DNA of 64,000 bases from Chara braunii (lineage: Eukaryota > Plantae > Charophyceae), in the NCBI GenBank assembly GCA_003427395.1, contig BFEA01000001.1, positions 1,482,716-1,546,715 on the forward strand, read 5' to 3'. Both the position numbers and the translations under genes were made by a program. Shown piece by piece: positions 11,989 through 25,025 of the stretch. The notes under the pieces were generated by a model. It worked only from the letters and a program-made list of their open reading frames with translations. It made no database searches and was not told where the DNA came from. Positions within the stretch are counted from its first letter, which is position 1. Every line of letters begins with the position of its first letter.

Positions 11989-14900
11989 TCAATCTTCGAT
12001 AATCAGGCGCTTTCCTTTTTGCAAGGACTTCTCATAGTGAGCGACAACCTGTGGAGCGGTTTGCTTCAGTTTCTCCCTTGTGAACCACCTATCCTCCTTT
12101 GGATCAGTGTGATGTCTGAACCGAACACGGTACTGCAGCTTCAGTTTTGGAGGACGTCCCCTGCCGGTCGGTCTTGGAACTGGCATTTCTCTGTGATCCA
12201 CAATTTCATCAATGTCGACCTCTCCATCCATGGTTGGAGGCAGCATTGAGCGTCGCGAAGGGAACTGGTCAGTTTCTTTGAAATGTGCAAGCTTAGAAGC
12301 GTGAAAAACAGGATAAGTGCGAAGATGTCCGGGAATCCGAATAACATATGAAGGTCTGTCAGGTTCATCCCCAACTATATCTAAAACCTTCCACGGCCCA
12401 AAGTACAATGGCATGAGCTTTCGGGAAATCCCGTGCTCCTGTCCTAGTTCAGAAGCCTTGACCCAGACCCTGTCCCCTACCTGAAACATAGATGGGCGGC
12501 GGTGCTTGTTCTCAAATTTGATCATCGTCGCCTGTGCTTTATGCATGTGCTCTACTGCGTGCTGCATATGATTCTTATAAGCGAATTCCAAAGTGCCTGG
12601 AGCAGCAATAGACCGGTTCTCAGATAGCAGAAAGTCAAGGGGAAGTCTGGGTTCGAACGTTAGAAGTAGGCTATTTGGACTTACTCCCGTGGCACTATGA
12701 ACTGCGTTGTTATACAGGCTGGCGATGAGAGCAAGCTTCTCATCCCAGTCCACTTGATTGGGCTTAATGTAGTGCCTCAACAAGTGTTGAACAGCGCGGT
12801 TCATCTGCTCTGCCTGTCCATTTGCCTCCGGATGATTTCCAGATGTCATCTGCAACTGCGTTCCTTGTTCTGCAGCTGCGGCCTTCCATAGTTCACTGGT
12901 GAATCTGACATCCCTGTCGCTGATTATAGACTTCGGCAGGCCAAAGTCTCTAACCTTGTTTTACTTGAATAGCTTGATAACGTACTCGCTCTTTGCTGTT
13001 TCCGGCATGGCCACTAGCCTAACATACTTAATCTATCCACAATGACATAGATGTACCTCATGCCATTCTTGTTGGTGACTAGCGTATCCACGAAGTCCAT
13101 GGACAGGCTTTCACCAGGCCTTTTTGGAATGAGCAGGGGTTTGAGTAGCCCAAGAGGAATCCGAGGCTTGTCACGTTGACAAACTTGACAAGTCTCGACA
13201 TACAGTTTGGAATCTCTCATCATTGTGGGCCACCAAAACCGCTGCAACAGATTAGCTGCAGTCTTCTTGAAACCAAAATATCCGGTGGCATCATGACACT
13301 CACCTAAAAATAAACTACGCAAAGACTCTCTATTAGGAACACACATACACTTATTCCCGGCCTTCTCAAGGAACAGCAGGCCGTTGACCAACTCAAACTC
13401 GACATAAGTCTCTTTGTTTTTCGCCTCGAGTTTGTGTATGATCTCGACCATAAACGGGTCCTCGCGATAGGCCACCAAAGACTGAGTAACAATGTCCGCA
13501 AGCCCAAATTCAGTGATCAGCGCACCACAGAAATCTGGTCTATGAGACAGTGCATCAGCAACCTTGTTGTACTCGCCCTTGATGTACTGGGGCTCAAAGT
13601 CATACTGCTCTATGACTTCAATCCAACGCTTCAGAGCGTCGGAGAGGATAGGTTGGGTGCTCATCCACTTCAGGGTCTGGTGACCAGTCCTGGCGTAGAA
13701 ATAATCTCCCAAGGAGATAGTGCCTCCAACGGGTGAGCGCCTTGTAGATCGGATAGAGTTCCTTCTCATAGGTGGACTTAGCCAACTTCTGAGAGGGCAT
13801 CTTTTTGGACATGTACTCTACCGGCCTCAACTTCTTCCCCTCCTGCTGCGCAAGTACGGCGCCTATGGCATATTGGCTAGCATCCGTAGTTACTACGAAA
13901 GGTTTGTTAGGATCAACTAGTTTTAAGACCTCATGGTGTGTCAACTCATGCTTAGTTGTCTGAAAGCAGCCTCACACCTGTCTGTCCACTCCCATGGGGT
14001 GTCAAGGCGAGTCAGGTTCGTCAAAGGGGCGACCACTATGCTGTAATTCTGAACAAAATTGCGGTAGTAGCATGTCATCCCTAAGAAGGACATCATCTAA
14101 GTCACAGACTGTGGACACGGCCAGTCACGAATGCTGGCCACTTTCGCGTCATGACAAGGCATAGGTGTGGCCAAACTCACACTTCTCACCGTTGATCTTG
14201 AACTTATGTTATCGAAGAAGACTAAGGACTTTGTCCAAGTGCGCAACGTGCTCCTCGACAGTCTTACTAAAAATAAGTATGTCATCGAGGTACACGATGA
14301 CAAACTTATCCAAGTAGTCATGAAATATCCGATTCATAGCGTGCTAAAAGGTGCCAGGAGCATTGCAAAGGCCGAAAGGCATCACCACAAACTCGTACAG
14401 ATCGTATCTGATCTGAAATGCGATTTTGTGTTGATCCTCGGGCCGGATTGCAATCTGATGGTACCCGTTGTGTTGATCCTCAAGTCGGATTGCAATCTGA
14501 TGGTACCCGAACTTCAGATCTATCTTACTGAAATAACAGCACCCTTGCACTCTATCTAGCAAGTCATCGATGCGTGGAAGGGGCTCTCTGTTCTTAACAG
14601 TGATGGCATTGAGGCCCCTATAGTCAATGTACATCCCAAGTGTTCCTTCCTTCTTCGGTACGAATAGGAGTGGCGATCCATAAGGAGAAACACTTGGCCG
14701 GATCCAACCCTTCTCTACGAGTTCCTTGAGTTGCCGACGAAGCTCATCAAGCTCGCCCGGAGACATCCGATAGATCCTACCCTTCGGAATACTAGACCCT
14801 GGGATAATCTCTATCGCATGGATGACCTCCCTCTCAACAACCCCTGTAGGCTCTTCAAATAGACCAGGGTACTTGGCAACTACACCCTCTATCTCCGGCA

Positions 14901-15613
14901 ACATTTTCAATGGCTCGCCTGCTGCAGAGACAAACTAGATACATACCCTCCTCCGGATTTTGCTTATAATAATTATACAACGCGGCCGCACACATGCACC
15001 CGTGTGACTCGATCAGACTACTAGCTTTGAACTTAAATAATCTAGCGGTCCCTCCACTTGGCAAAGTGTGTTTGACCACTTTTCGGTCCCAGTCAAACTG
15101 GGGCTGTGCCACGGAGAGGTAGTACATACCTAACAAGATATCCATAGGGAGATCATCGCTCACTAGGAATGAGACGCGATGTCTCAATTCCCCTCCCGCG
15201 TACGGGAACAACACTCAACATCCTGGACGTAGTCGTTGACTACCATGGGCTGTTTGTTGGCACAAGTCGACTCAGGCGCTGCACTCGCCTCTGAAATACA
15301 GCCTCTCAACGCACGCGCGACTAATGAAGTTCCTAGTCGAGCAAATGTCATAATAGGCCCCACTGCTGATAACTACCCCACCGATGAACATCTCTCCCTT
15401 AGGGGCTTTAGCCAATGCCGTCCAAGAAGCTAGTGGGTCTGATCTAGACCACTCCTCCTCTAGCTCCTCTAAGGATTCAAACGCATTCATCGAGCAGAGG
15501 CTCGATGGGTCAGAATGTGTCTGCGAGAAGACGATGGAGTCAGTAGCTTGGGCCATCTCTCGAGATGGTGAGGGTGTGTCCACCACCTCGACCCTAGCAG
15601 GGACAACTACCAT
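11989..15613 (-). pseudogene. pol: Gypsy-2 pol: protease, RT, RNase H, integrase, C-terminal chromodomain
   Basis: Motifs STRNFIS (PR), [44 protein letters not shown] (HDATGYFG...CQVC), SMDF, HPEANGQAE, YFGPWKV, HASKL, and chromodomain DIDEIVDHR...QYRVRF...DRWFT. Confidence 0.95.
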
Positions 15614-15615
15614 AC

Positions 15616-16917
15616 CTACTGGCTCGACTCGTTTCCCGGAGCAGTGCCAAAACTGTTGGCCTCATTGCTACCAACGGGAGCGGAGGATCCCAACGCCTTC
15701 CCCATCCTAGGCGGGATCTTTTCGGTCACCCTCTTATTGCGGCACTTGAAGTGGTTGTGGCCATATTGACCACAACGAATACAGGCCTGCCTGGTGTACC
15801 TGTCTCTCCACACGTCCTCAGTGAGACCCGCTTTCTACCATGGGGGAGCATTGGGGTCAACTTGACTCCTTGACCGGGAACCTCCATGGCGTCTACTGAT
15901 CGCCTTTCCTTTTTGAGCTACGACAGCGACTACTCGACCCCCTGAAGCCTCTACGCTGCCAGCCTCTTAACCTACTCCCTCCTGGAGGTTGTCATCTAAC
16001 TCGATGGTTGAACCATTGTTATCGACAAACATAATGCGACCCTTCGCCTTCCAGTTGGGATGCAGTGTCTTTTTCCTACCATCCGTCATGGGTGTTTGAC
16101 CATGCCCTATCTTTGCTTCTAGGTCTAGGGTCGTCTTGCTAAACGACGGGAAGTTATACATGTTGATGTTGGCCTCACCTGCCAACTAGTTTCTGAGAGG
16201 CATGGGAAAGCATCTCAGGTAGGAGGTGAGTAAGACCTGGGGGTCATAGCGCACCCCAGGGACACAAATCAGACGCTTTACAACGTCAGTGGCCTCCCTT
16301 ACTGACTTAAACTGCCGAGTATGCAGTGTCACGATCGCATCAGTAGCCTTTTGGGCTTCCTGAGGATCATGCCACCTATCTTCCACCAACTTGAGGAAGT
16401 CATCAGATTTCTGGGTGACCGCCCAAGCGCGGAAGTCATAACCGTACCCCTTTAGCTGCACTAAACCACTCAACCATCGTGCTGCACTCCCCTCTAGATA
16501 GGAGGCAGCCACAAGCACTTCCTGGTGTGGCAAGGTAAGTTTGCACTTGACGTAGACCGGCACTGCCCTCAACCAAGTATCGAGGTCTTTGCCCCTCTTA
16601 TCCCCTGTAAAGGGTTTAGGAGCGGCGATGGCCGTCTTTGGTACCCACTGACTTTGTCCCTGTACCTGCACCATTCCGAACTGTGGACCCTGTGGTGCAG
16701 GTTGCTGCACTATCTGCTGGAGCTGTGAACCCTGCAGCTGTGCAGGCTGCGAGACAGCAGGCTGCCCGCTTATGACAACTTGAGACGAAGGTTGGGAGAA
16801 CACTGTCTGTAGAGGAATCTGTGCACTAGGACCTGCTGAGAACCCGCCTGTCAAAGATATACCTAGGGAAACGGGCTGGACCGATGTTGGATATATATAT
16901 GGGGATACCCCAGTCAC
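15616..16917 (-). pseudogene. gag: Gypsy-2 gag with CCHC knuckle (N-terminus probably extends to ~17400)
   Basis: PKPFTGD...AASYLEGSAARW (retrotransposon gag), and CIRCGQYGHNHFKC at ~15743-15784. Confidence 0.88.
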
Positions 16918-18702
16918 CGGTGGGACAAAGGAGGAGGATGTACAACGGGCCAGACACCGGGCCCGGACGGTGGTGGTGTCGCCTGCACTCGCCCGACTAA
17001 CACAACCAGACTCTCAAATGTCCTGTAAGATCTCCGTCTTGTGATCTTGCATCTCTACTACACTTAGCAAGACCGACCGAATCCGCTGCATCCTGGCTCT
17101 TCTTCTAATCATCCTTTATTTTTCTGCCTTAATCTCTCCTAAAGCCTGCAGTAGTTGTGCCTCGCGATCAGCAGCTCGTTGTATGGCGACCTCCTCGGGA
17201 GTCATCACTAACGGCTGGCTTGCCATTAAGCCAGTTGACCGACTCTGGGTCAGAGCGACCGTTGACCCTACAGATCCTCAACTGCTAGCCTGGGAACTCT
17301 GCTACGCAGAAGTGGCCATGGCTGCTGAAGTTGCGGCTTCGCTTACAAACGCCCTGCTGGCCTCTGCTGCTCCAGCTCTCCTCTGCTGCTGCTGCCTCTC
17401 CCTAAACTGGCGAAACATATTTGTCGCCCTCTGGTCCTAAGGCCAAGTGGGCTATCGGGCATCTAGTCGATCGCAATATCCGGTCGTCCTCACTAGTGGT
17501 GTCCCTATCGCTCATATGCTACAGAACTGCCCAACGCCTGCACTTGGACACACGATCGATGCCTACCACAGCGACATGTATAGACCGATTTATAATGAAA
17601 TAAAATAAATAATCGGCGGCTATGTCAGAGACTTTACATTCGGGTCCAACAGGTCAGATTAGATTCCTACAAACAAAACTATTTTACATCGACTAGTCCG
17701 CAAACAAAAGTACAAGGAGCAGAAAACAGTTCTAACTAATGTTGTCTGTCATATGTTAATGGTTGTCCATCTAACTAGTCAAAATAAAAATAGAATCATT
17801 TGTTGGGTCTGTTTCCATAATGGAGTCTTGCCCAAACTTGTCACCTGGAATCTACCCCTCCCTCAATTCTTCTTGAATGTCTCTTGTCGTCAACATCCCT
17901 GAGCCATCCAGATAGCGTGTGTGTCTAAAGGTGTGCACACGGCCCACCCCTGTGCCCGAGGCGTTTTTATGGACGGCCCCTGAAGTCCCCAGGAATTCTT
18001 TAACGTCGCAAACAGGACGACGACCACAGCCAATGGAAGGTATCCCGTCGGTGCTTATTTATAGACGCCCGGTCTCGTCTATCCCCTAGGGCTGGCCTGC
18101 CCTTCAGAACCCCTCTACATCGCAACGAGCAGACAAAGGACAAAGCAACAAAGCATGCGTGCTCTACTCCCGGTGGGTTGGCATGGTGGTCGTGACCCGG
18201 TGCTTCGTCCAGGGCCCTTCAGATAGCTCCGCCCTCTCCTTCCAGATGCTTCACGTGAAGGCTGACGACTCTCAAGGTTGAGCGCACATGACTCCTCACA
18301 TGAGAGGACTCTCAAGACAGAACACACATCCTCACGGTAAGAGGTGTCAAAGAGGGTAGATAAGGTTAGGTGCAACGTACCTCAAAATAGCTGCCCCCAA
18401 CCACAGATATTCTCACCAGATGACCTGATGTTGATTGTGATGACCAATCGCTGCTTCGGCACAACCAGCATTGTACAACCATTCCACGTCAGCATCAATC
18501 ACACACCAGATAGTTCTCATCACACTCCCAACACCCAATAATCACCACACAGCCTTCCTGCCGATACCCCTCACCTCCTGGGTCGCCAACTTATCTTCGC
18601 CCTCCTCACTACACACGTCCCATGGCACGGTCGCTCACCGTACACACCGCGTGCATGTACCACATTAGGCAGAAGATAAGCACCAGATTAGCGCACCGAA
18701 CC

Positions 18703-18720
18703 ACAACTCCGATACCGAAT
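18703..18720 (-). promoter_or_regulatory. Gypsy-2 primer-binding site, degenerate tRNA-iMet type
   Basis: The - strand reads att-CGGTATCGGAGT right after the 5' LTR end; the canonical sequence is TGGTATCAGAGC. Confidence 0.7.
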
Positions 18721-19651
18721 TGCAAAGAAGATGAGCAATAGCGAACTTCGGCAATCAAACAGCATCATACACATGAGACCAGATAGTCATGACCTCGAAC
18801 CAAAAGCAGAATTGCATCACGAATTTCACCAGATAAGAGCACACCAAAAGCTCATAATTGACAATGTTGGAATAGTCTCATCATCATCATCAATGAAGAA
18901 CCAATGTTGATATCCTATCTGGCGCTCGACGCCCAGACTGCAGATGGCAGATCATATCTAGCCTACTCAACAATGCCACTGATGATGTCAACAACTCCCC
19001 GAAGTACGAGCAGATCTCAGCCAATCCTGCACGCTTCAAGCACCAGGTATGTCTCTCGTATCACTCACAACCTCGTTCCCCAACTCACAGATGCCACTTG
19101 CACCCAAGGACCACCGCGCCCCATCCAGCATACAGCAGCGCAGCTTGGCTATGGCTGCCTGCTCCTTCCAGCTCGCCCGTGAGCGCGCGTCTGGCAGGCG
19201 ATAGCACAGCAGCGCTTGAGCACAAGCAACCAGTGCCCGAATGCCGAATGCTTAGGCTGGCCCTTTCCTAAATGGAAGTGGCCAGCCTGCTTGCGTACAG
19301 CCTGGCTGCGCTGGGTCCCTGCCCAGAGACTTAGGCCCAGGGAGGCTGAGCCTTAGACCAAACGAATCAGGCCCAGGGCCACCGACAGTTACCCGTGCCC
19401 AACTGCCCACTGTCTGAGTTGGGCCTATGCTGCGTATCTCGCCCAGGGCCTGACTTAGATACAGTCGATAAAGGAGGCCAGGGCCTGGGCACCTTCAACC
19501 AACTGGCGCTGCGCAACTGCCTGAATTTTCCCCTAGTTGCGAAGTAGTCAGAAATAGGCCTCTTGTCGTCTGTCCGGCCTGCCTTCACTTAGGGTGGCCG
19601 ACCTGTTGCAAGTAAGGGCCCAATAGGGCTTATCGAGGCCTATGCCTCGCA
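18721..19651 (-). repeat. Gypsy-2 5' LTR (931 bp)
   Basis: TGCAAAGAAG...CCTCGCA, matching the split 3' LTR. Confidence 0.93.
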
Positions 19652-20672
19652 GAGGCCTTCATGTTGGGGCGGGGGGGGGGGGTGAGCATTAATCATGTCT
19701 GAAAACGGTCCGAAACAGTGAAGAATAAGGCAGCGGGAAATGCCACTTCATTACAGCTCCAACCTCCGCGCAGTCATCCTTATCACAGTTGTGTCGTATC
19801 AGAGGAGCGTTGGAAGGTCGAATGAAAGCCTTACTGTTGTATAGGACATGCTCCCTCTCTATTCTCTTTCTGCTCCAGATCCCAGATTAGGGAACCAGAC
19901 GACATCTGGTATGTCTCATAGTTTGCAAGTATATGGTTGTCCTCAACAAGAACAAGTGCTGAGGGAGGTTAGCACATTCTTACGTGGCCCTTATTTTGTG
20001 ACTTGATGTCACGTCCACTTGGGATCAGGAACTACATGTAGATCATGCTCAGATGCATTGCATAGTTCAAGACTTTATGTTGACGTCAACTCGCAATCAA
20101 ATCAGCTTTAGAAACAGTCCCTCACCTCAAATTGGAATGCACCTATAAAGAGCCACGTGCGTAAGGTTTGAAAATAAAGGGTCTTCTCTGCTCCAATCTT
20201 GCATTTACCAACCCAAGCGCAGATGATCACTCCCGACCGTCAAACCAGTTCACTGCCTCAAATACGAGTGCACCTGGAATGCCCGGAGCCAGATGCTTGT
20301 AATTATATATATATATAGTAATTATATATATATATATATATAAATTATAACAGTCACTCACTCTCCAACTGGTTCTCGCACTTTCTTTCCCGCTTTTCCA
20401 TAAACCGACTCTCTTCGTTACGCAGTCCTCTTCTTCCTCTCATACTCTCGAGATTACTCTCCCACCTGTTTCACCATTTCAACTCCGCTAGTGAATGCTC
20501 ATGTTAAAATTTAAATATACTTGTTCATTTACAAAGCCAGGCGCTTGATATTGGGAAAGAAAGGCTCGAACTGTTTTTCTGAATCTTTAGCGAGAGTATG
20601 GATGTGTACACTGTCATATACAAGTCTTCAGTGGCTGATGCGCTATCGAATCATCAGCCAATTCTCTCTCTC

Positions 20673-20703
<31 letters not shown>

Positions 20704-22742
20704 CATACCTGCTCGCTCCCACTCATAATTTCGACAACTTCCCCCAAAACACGTGCGCTGCCCATCTCGTCAGTGTTGTCTCCATCACTCGGATTCGTAT
20801 GCGCCTGGCCGCATTCAGGGCCAGGTGCATTATATTATAGACAAATCTCCGCATCAAACTGGTATCCCCTGCTCACATGATCTCATATTCTCTCTCTCTT
20901 GTGGCGCGCGCGCATGCTTTGTAGCTTTCCACCAAGGTATTACACTCACACTGCATCAGGTTCACATAATCCTGGTCGTACGTGGGAACAGGTAAATCTC
21001 ACTCTAGATCATGGGAGGAGACACCGCAATTAACCTTTTGTATACTGAGGGCTCAACCCATGGAAGGGTACTCCACCATATCCATTCTTCTACGCACGGT
21101 TCCCTACTTGATCCCTCATTAGATACGAGAAGTGGGTGCTACAATCACGCCCCCTTTCAAGAGGAAAGAGTGAATCTTCCTTCAGAACAAGGGAAGGTAC
21201 ATGGCCATATTCATTGTCTTCTCCGCGCCTCACTCCCTTGGCTTTCCCTACCACCGTCGAAAGTCCGTTTCACTGTGCTTTCACTTTCCGTGTCTTGCTG
21301 GTTATCTCTCACTCCCACTCTCACTCACTTCCTTCCTCGAGCGCCCTCACTGCCAACTGCCTGCGAACTCGCATGGGCAGCAGCTCGTGAGGCAGCCACA
21401 CACGCTGCGGCAATGCTCGCCTTGGTCACTCGCTCCAAGGCACCCTGGTCCCCCTGGTCGGCTTTGTCCCAATCCCCCTGCTCTTCCGTTGGTCTGCCCT
21501 ATATCTCACATGGGTGGCCCCCATCCCACTGGCTCACTAGCCCTCAGCCTCAAACGGAGTGTTGGCAGTACCGATACCGGCGGTTGCAAGCCCACAGATC
21601 CGGACGTTACCCACCCTTGGTATCAATGGTTTTCGCCTAGATCGACTGTTTTGGATTATCCCCCATGAGATTAGAATTGTCGAACCCTCAGGCTGAGCGA
21701 GCTATTTCAAGCCCCTGAACTGCACCAAGTGTTGTACCAAGGAATAACAGCGTCGATTGGTAGTAAACTGTACCAGTTCCGAATCAGCAAGTACACCAAA
21801 ACTAATAGCTCCGCACTGCAACGAGTCGTACCAGTACCGAACCAGTGACCCTATCAGACCAATGTCAAACCAGTGGTCGTTCCAGATATGATAGTACCGG
21901 ACTGACATGAGCTTACCAACCAGAAATAGTAGTACCAGGTTGTCGTGAGTTTACCAATGCTGGACCAGTGACCGCACCAGAAATAATAGTACCGGACTGT
22001 TGTGAGTCTACCAAGGCCGAACTAGTGGCCACACCGGTCCTGGTCCTCGCCAACGGCTGGTTGTACCAGACCGCCGAGTGCGTACCGAGTATCCATCCGA
22101 GTTCTCACGCATCACTTAGTCCCCCATAGGAATCCGGTAAGTTAGGGGTATCGTACACGCAATAACACGCGAGCTATAACAAGGGTAAAAATTAAGTAAA
22201 ATCTGATAAAATCAGCGAGGGATAATAAAGTAGAAAAAATCAGTTTAAATAAAAAAGGAGAAATAAATAGGTAAACTCCAATCAAAACCAACGAGGACGT
22301 GATTGGTTCAAAAATGTCAAATAATAGGATAATCACTTGTTTTTCTTTTTTTATAATCATTTTTAATTTTATTGCTTATTTTTAATTCCATCATTAAATT
22401 AAACAAAATTTTAGGGCCCAATTGCTTGTCATCAGGTCAGCGTAGAAAGGGTTGCGTGATGGCTTACTAGCATACCCTCGCTCCATGGCTGACTGGTTCG
22501 AAGATAACCTCAAAACGAACGAAAAGGGTAGGTTCTAAGCGCGGTAGAACCCGTTGTTATATTTATGAAATTCTAAGGGTTAGTATTAGTGGTTGATGAA
22601 GGAGAATTCGAAGTTCATCTCAGGAGCCATAATTTCCCCCAACGGTTCCAACAAGAATACCCAAAGAATCCTGACTAAGCGCCCGGTCGAACCCCCAATT
22701 CCCTCTATTTCGAGTGGCCGACCGGTCTGCGGCCGCCCGATA

Positions 22743-25025
22743 GTTAGCCCGGACCTCTTTTCGACGTCCCCGTACAGGCACTTTGCTCGTAATAATAAGA
22801 GATAGGAACTCATCTCCTACTGGCCCATATGTCGCCAATATGGAACACTGCTTAGGCGGACTAGGTGCTTGCATCAAGAACTTTGTCGTATCGGCAACTT
22901 TCACCGAGATCCATTTTCGTGGCGATAGTAATCTTCGTTCCTTTATGTTCCTCTTGACCGACGGTCATCATAGCTCGATCAACCCTTTTTTTGAAAGAAG
23001 GGGTCTTCGATGACGTGGTCGCCTCGATGAGGATGGGCGTCATAGGTGTCTCATATCTTGACTGTAAGATAATTTTGACGCTTTGACTCTTCACTGTCTT
23101 ATTTCCTTATCTAATGGTGCTCATCTGACCTCCACGTCCTCTTTTATCGAAGAAAATATGGATGCATCCCTCAGATTGTCGGCCCTTTTGGCGTACTTCC
23201 GGTCGTCAAGTACCACAATCCCGTAGTCTATCGCCTTTTGAAGATCAGTGCGATCCCTTTCAACATGGCCATCCGAACAACAATAGACGCATGTGTTACC
23301 AGGAGAAGATGATCCATCCTCGACACGTCTATATCCTCTATCTCCACCTGATACCCGAGCATCATGAGGATCCGGGCCAGGCTCACGTTGTCCTCTAGCA
23401 TCATCACGATGGTCCCGATCAACATCTCTCCTCTCGTATCGCTCGAGGGAATTGTCTCATCAGTCTCTCGCCGTCACATGGTCATTCCTATCTAGACTCT
23501 TAGGATACTCTTCTGCATGTCCGGGGTTATGGGGACCTCGCACATACCTTGGCCTGTAAGGGTAGGTCTCCACCCGACCGTCTAGTCGATACCCGTTGCC
23601 CCTACCTCTCGTATAGCCTCTAGAATAGTCAACCTGTCGATCTCGATCCTCCTCCTTGTACCTAGGGGGATCATCGCGTCGTATATGATACTCCTGCTCC
23701 CTCGATTGATAATCGGCCAGTGTCCGAGGATTTTTATCCTCCTCATCTCTCCACAGTCCTGGTCTCGGTTATCCTCCCTCAGCAAGTACGTCGGACCAGT
23801 TCCCAACCCGATCGCACCTCAACAAGTTTGACGGACTATTCCTCACCTGATCACCAACTATCTCCGTCTTTGCCTCTATCCTGACGACTTGTCGAGCCAA
23901 GCCCTTGATCATCTCTCTCAGGTCCGAATCATCCGTGATGTTTGTTCACCGGTCTCTAGGTCCATCAAGGGGGTATCGGTGGTCTGCCCAAGGCCTATCA
24001 TCAAAATCTGGGCACCTCTCTACACTGGAAGGACGAAAAGGCGACCGGAGACCCTCCCTGCGACGTAATGCAGTCCAGACCAGGTCCTTAATACTCATCA
24101 ACGTCAGCACTTACTGCCAGCCAGTCTAAGGACCGTTGAAAATTCGAGACAATCGTGTGGAACGTCTCTCAGAATCCCTTTTTGCTTCCCCTTTGATAGT
24201 TGACTGATGAAAATGGTGCATCTGTCAATCTCCAACAACTTCCCCTTTGCCCCCAGAATATCCGACATCTTCTCAAACCTACTCCCAAACGCTAGAACAC
24301 TCTCATCCTCTTCCTGCCTCAGCTTCTCCACGTCTTTCATAGAGTACCTCATATCCTCATGTTTGAAGAGCTGATACAAATTTTCCCTGTAAGTCTTCCA
24401 GCGTCGATCCTTTGGCCTCGCACTCTTTTATCTCCTTGCCTAAGCTTGAATCAGAGTTGAACATGAAGCTGTCAATAATCTTATCCTTTGTCCACTGGCT
24501 ATGATACACATACCGCTCCCACTTCTCTAAGTAATAAGAAATCCCATATCCTCTGAAGATGGGAGGCTTGGTATCAAGCTCTGGGGTTTGATGTGATATA
24601 ATATATATGTCTCGCCTCTCATAGGGAAGAGTATAAGACTCCCCAGTCTCCGGATCGAAAAAGCATCGAGGCAGACTGTTATATTTGCCTCTCTCCCTAT
24701 CACACCATCCTCGCTCTCTCCAATCATCTCTCTCACGATTACCTCTCATCTCCTTATGTCTCGAATTTGGTGACCTCGGACGATACTATCGATCGTGGCT
24801 TATGGTCACTGGCCCCGTTCTACTTCTCTCTCGTTCTGCAGCCACGGACTGAGTCAGGCAAATAGCCTTTGATATGTCAGTCACCTCCGACTTCCCATCG
24901 TCGTCCGAGCTCTCACATGTCAGTGTAGTTTGTTTAAAGCGCTCCTCTAGCTCGCGAAGGGCTCGATCCGGTGAGGGGTGGTATCCTCCCGTATCTACCT
25001 GAACTCCCATAGTTCCGAACTTCAT
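22743..25025 (-). pseudogene. gag: Decayed gag of the giant-LTR element, cut off at the LTR
   Basis: KPPIFRGYGISYYLEKWE...KIIDSF, and KLRQEEDESVLAFGSRFE (major-homology-like QxxxEsVxxY/F motif). An R/D/E-rich linker follows. No RT motifs anywhere downstream. Confidence 0.7.

Larger units (their letters stand above)
7831..19651 (-). mobile_element. Gypsy-2: full-length but decayed chromovirus-type Ty3/gypsy LTR retrotransposon
   Basis: Two ~930-bp LTRs with TG...CA ends, GAGG TSD (7827-7830 / 19652-19655), PBS, PPT, and gag-pol on the - strand. Confidence 0.95.
6798..22742 (-). repeat. 3' LTR of the giant-LTR element (~4.1 kb net; interrupted by Gypsy-2)
   Basis: Starts TGTGAGGAGACCCGGGGAGGG, resembling 33996 (TGTCAGGAAACCTGGGGAGGG). 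Ends GGCCGACCGGTCTGCGGCCGCCCGATA, resembling 39457-39483. Segment 22100-22742 aligns loosely with 37690-37973 plus 39147-39483. Confidence 0.7.

Noticed and set aside
20720-20775. Minus-strand CTGACGAG...CGAAA as a second hammerhead
   Set aside because: Stem II is mostly G-U pairs, and no stem I, stem III or cleavage triplet could be formed.
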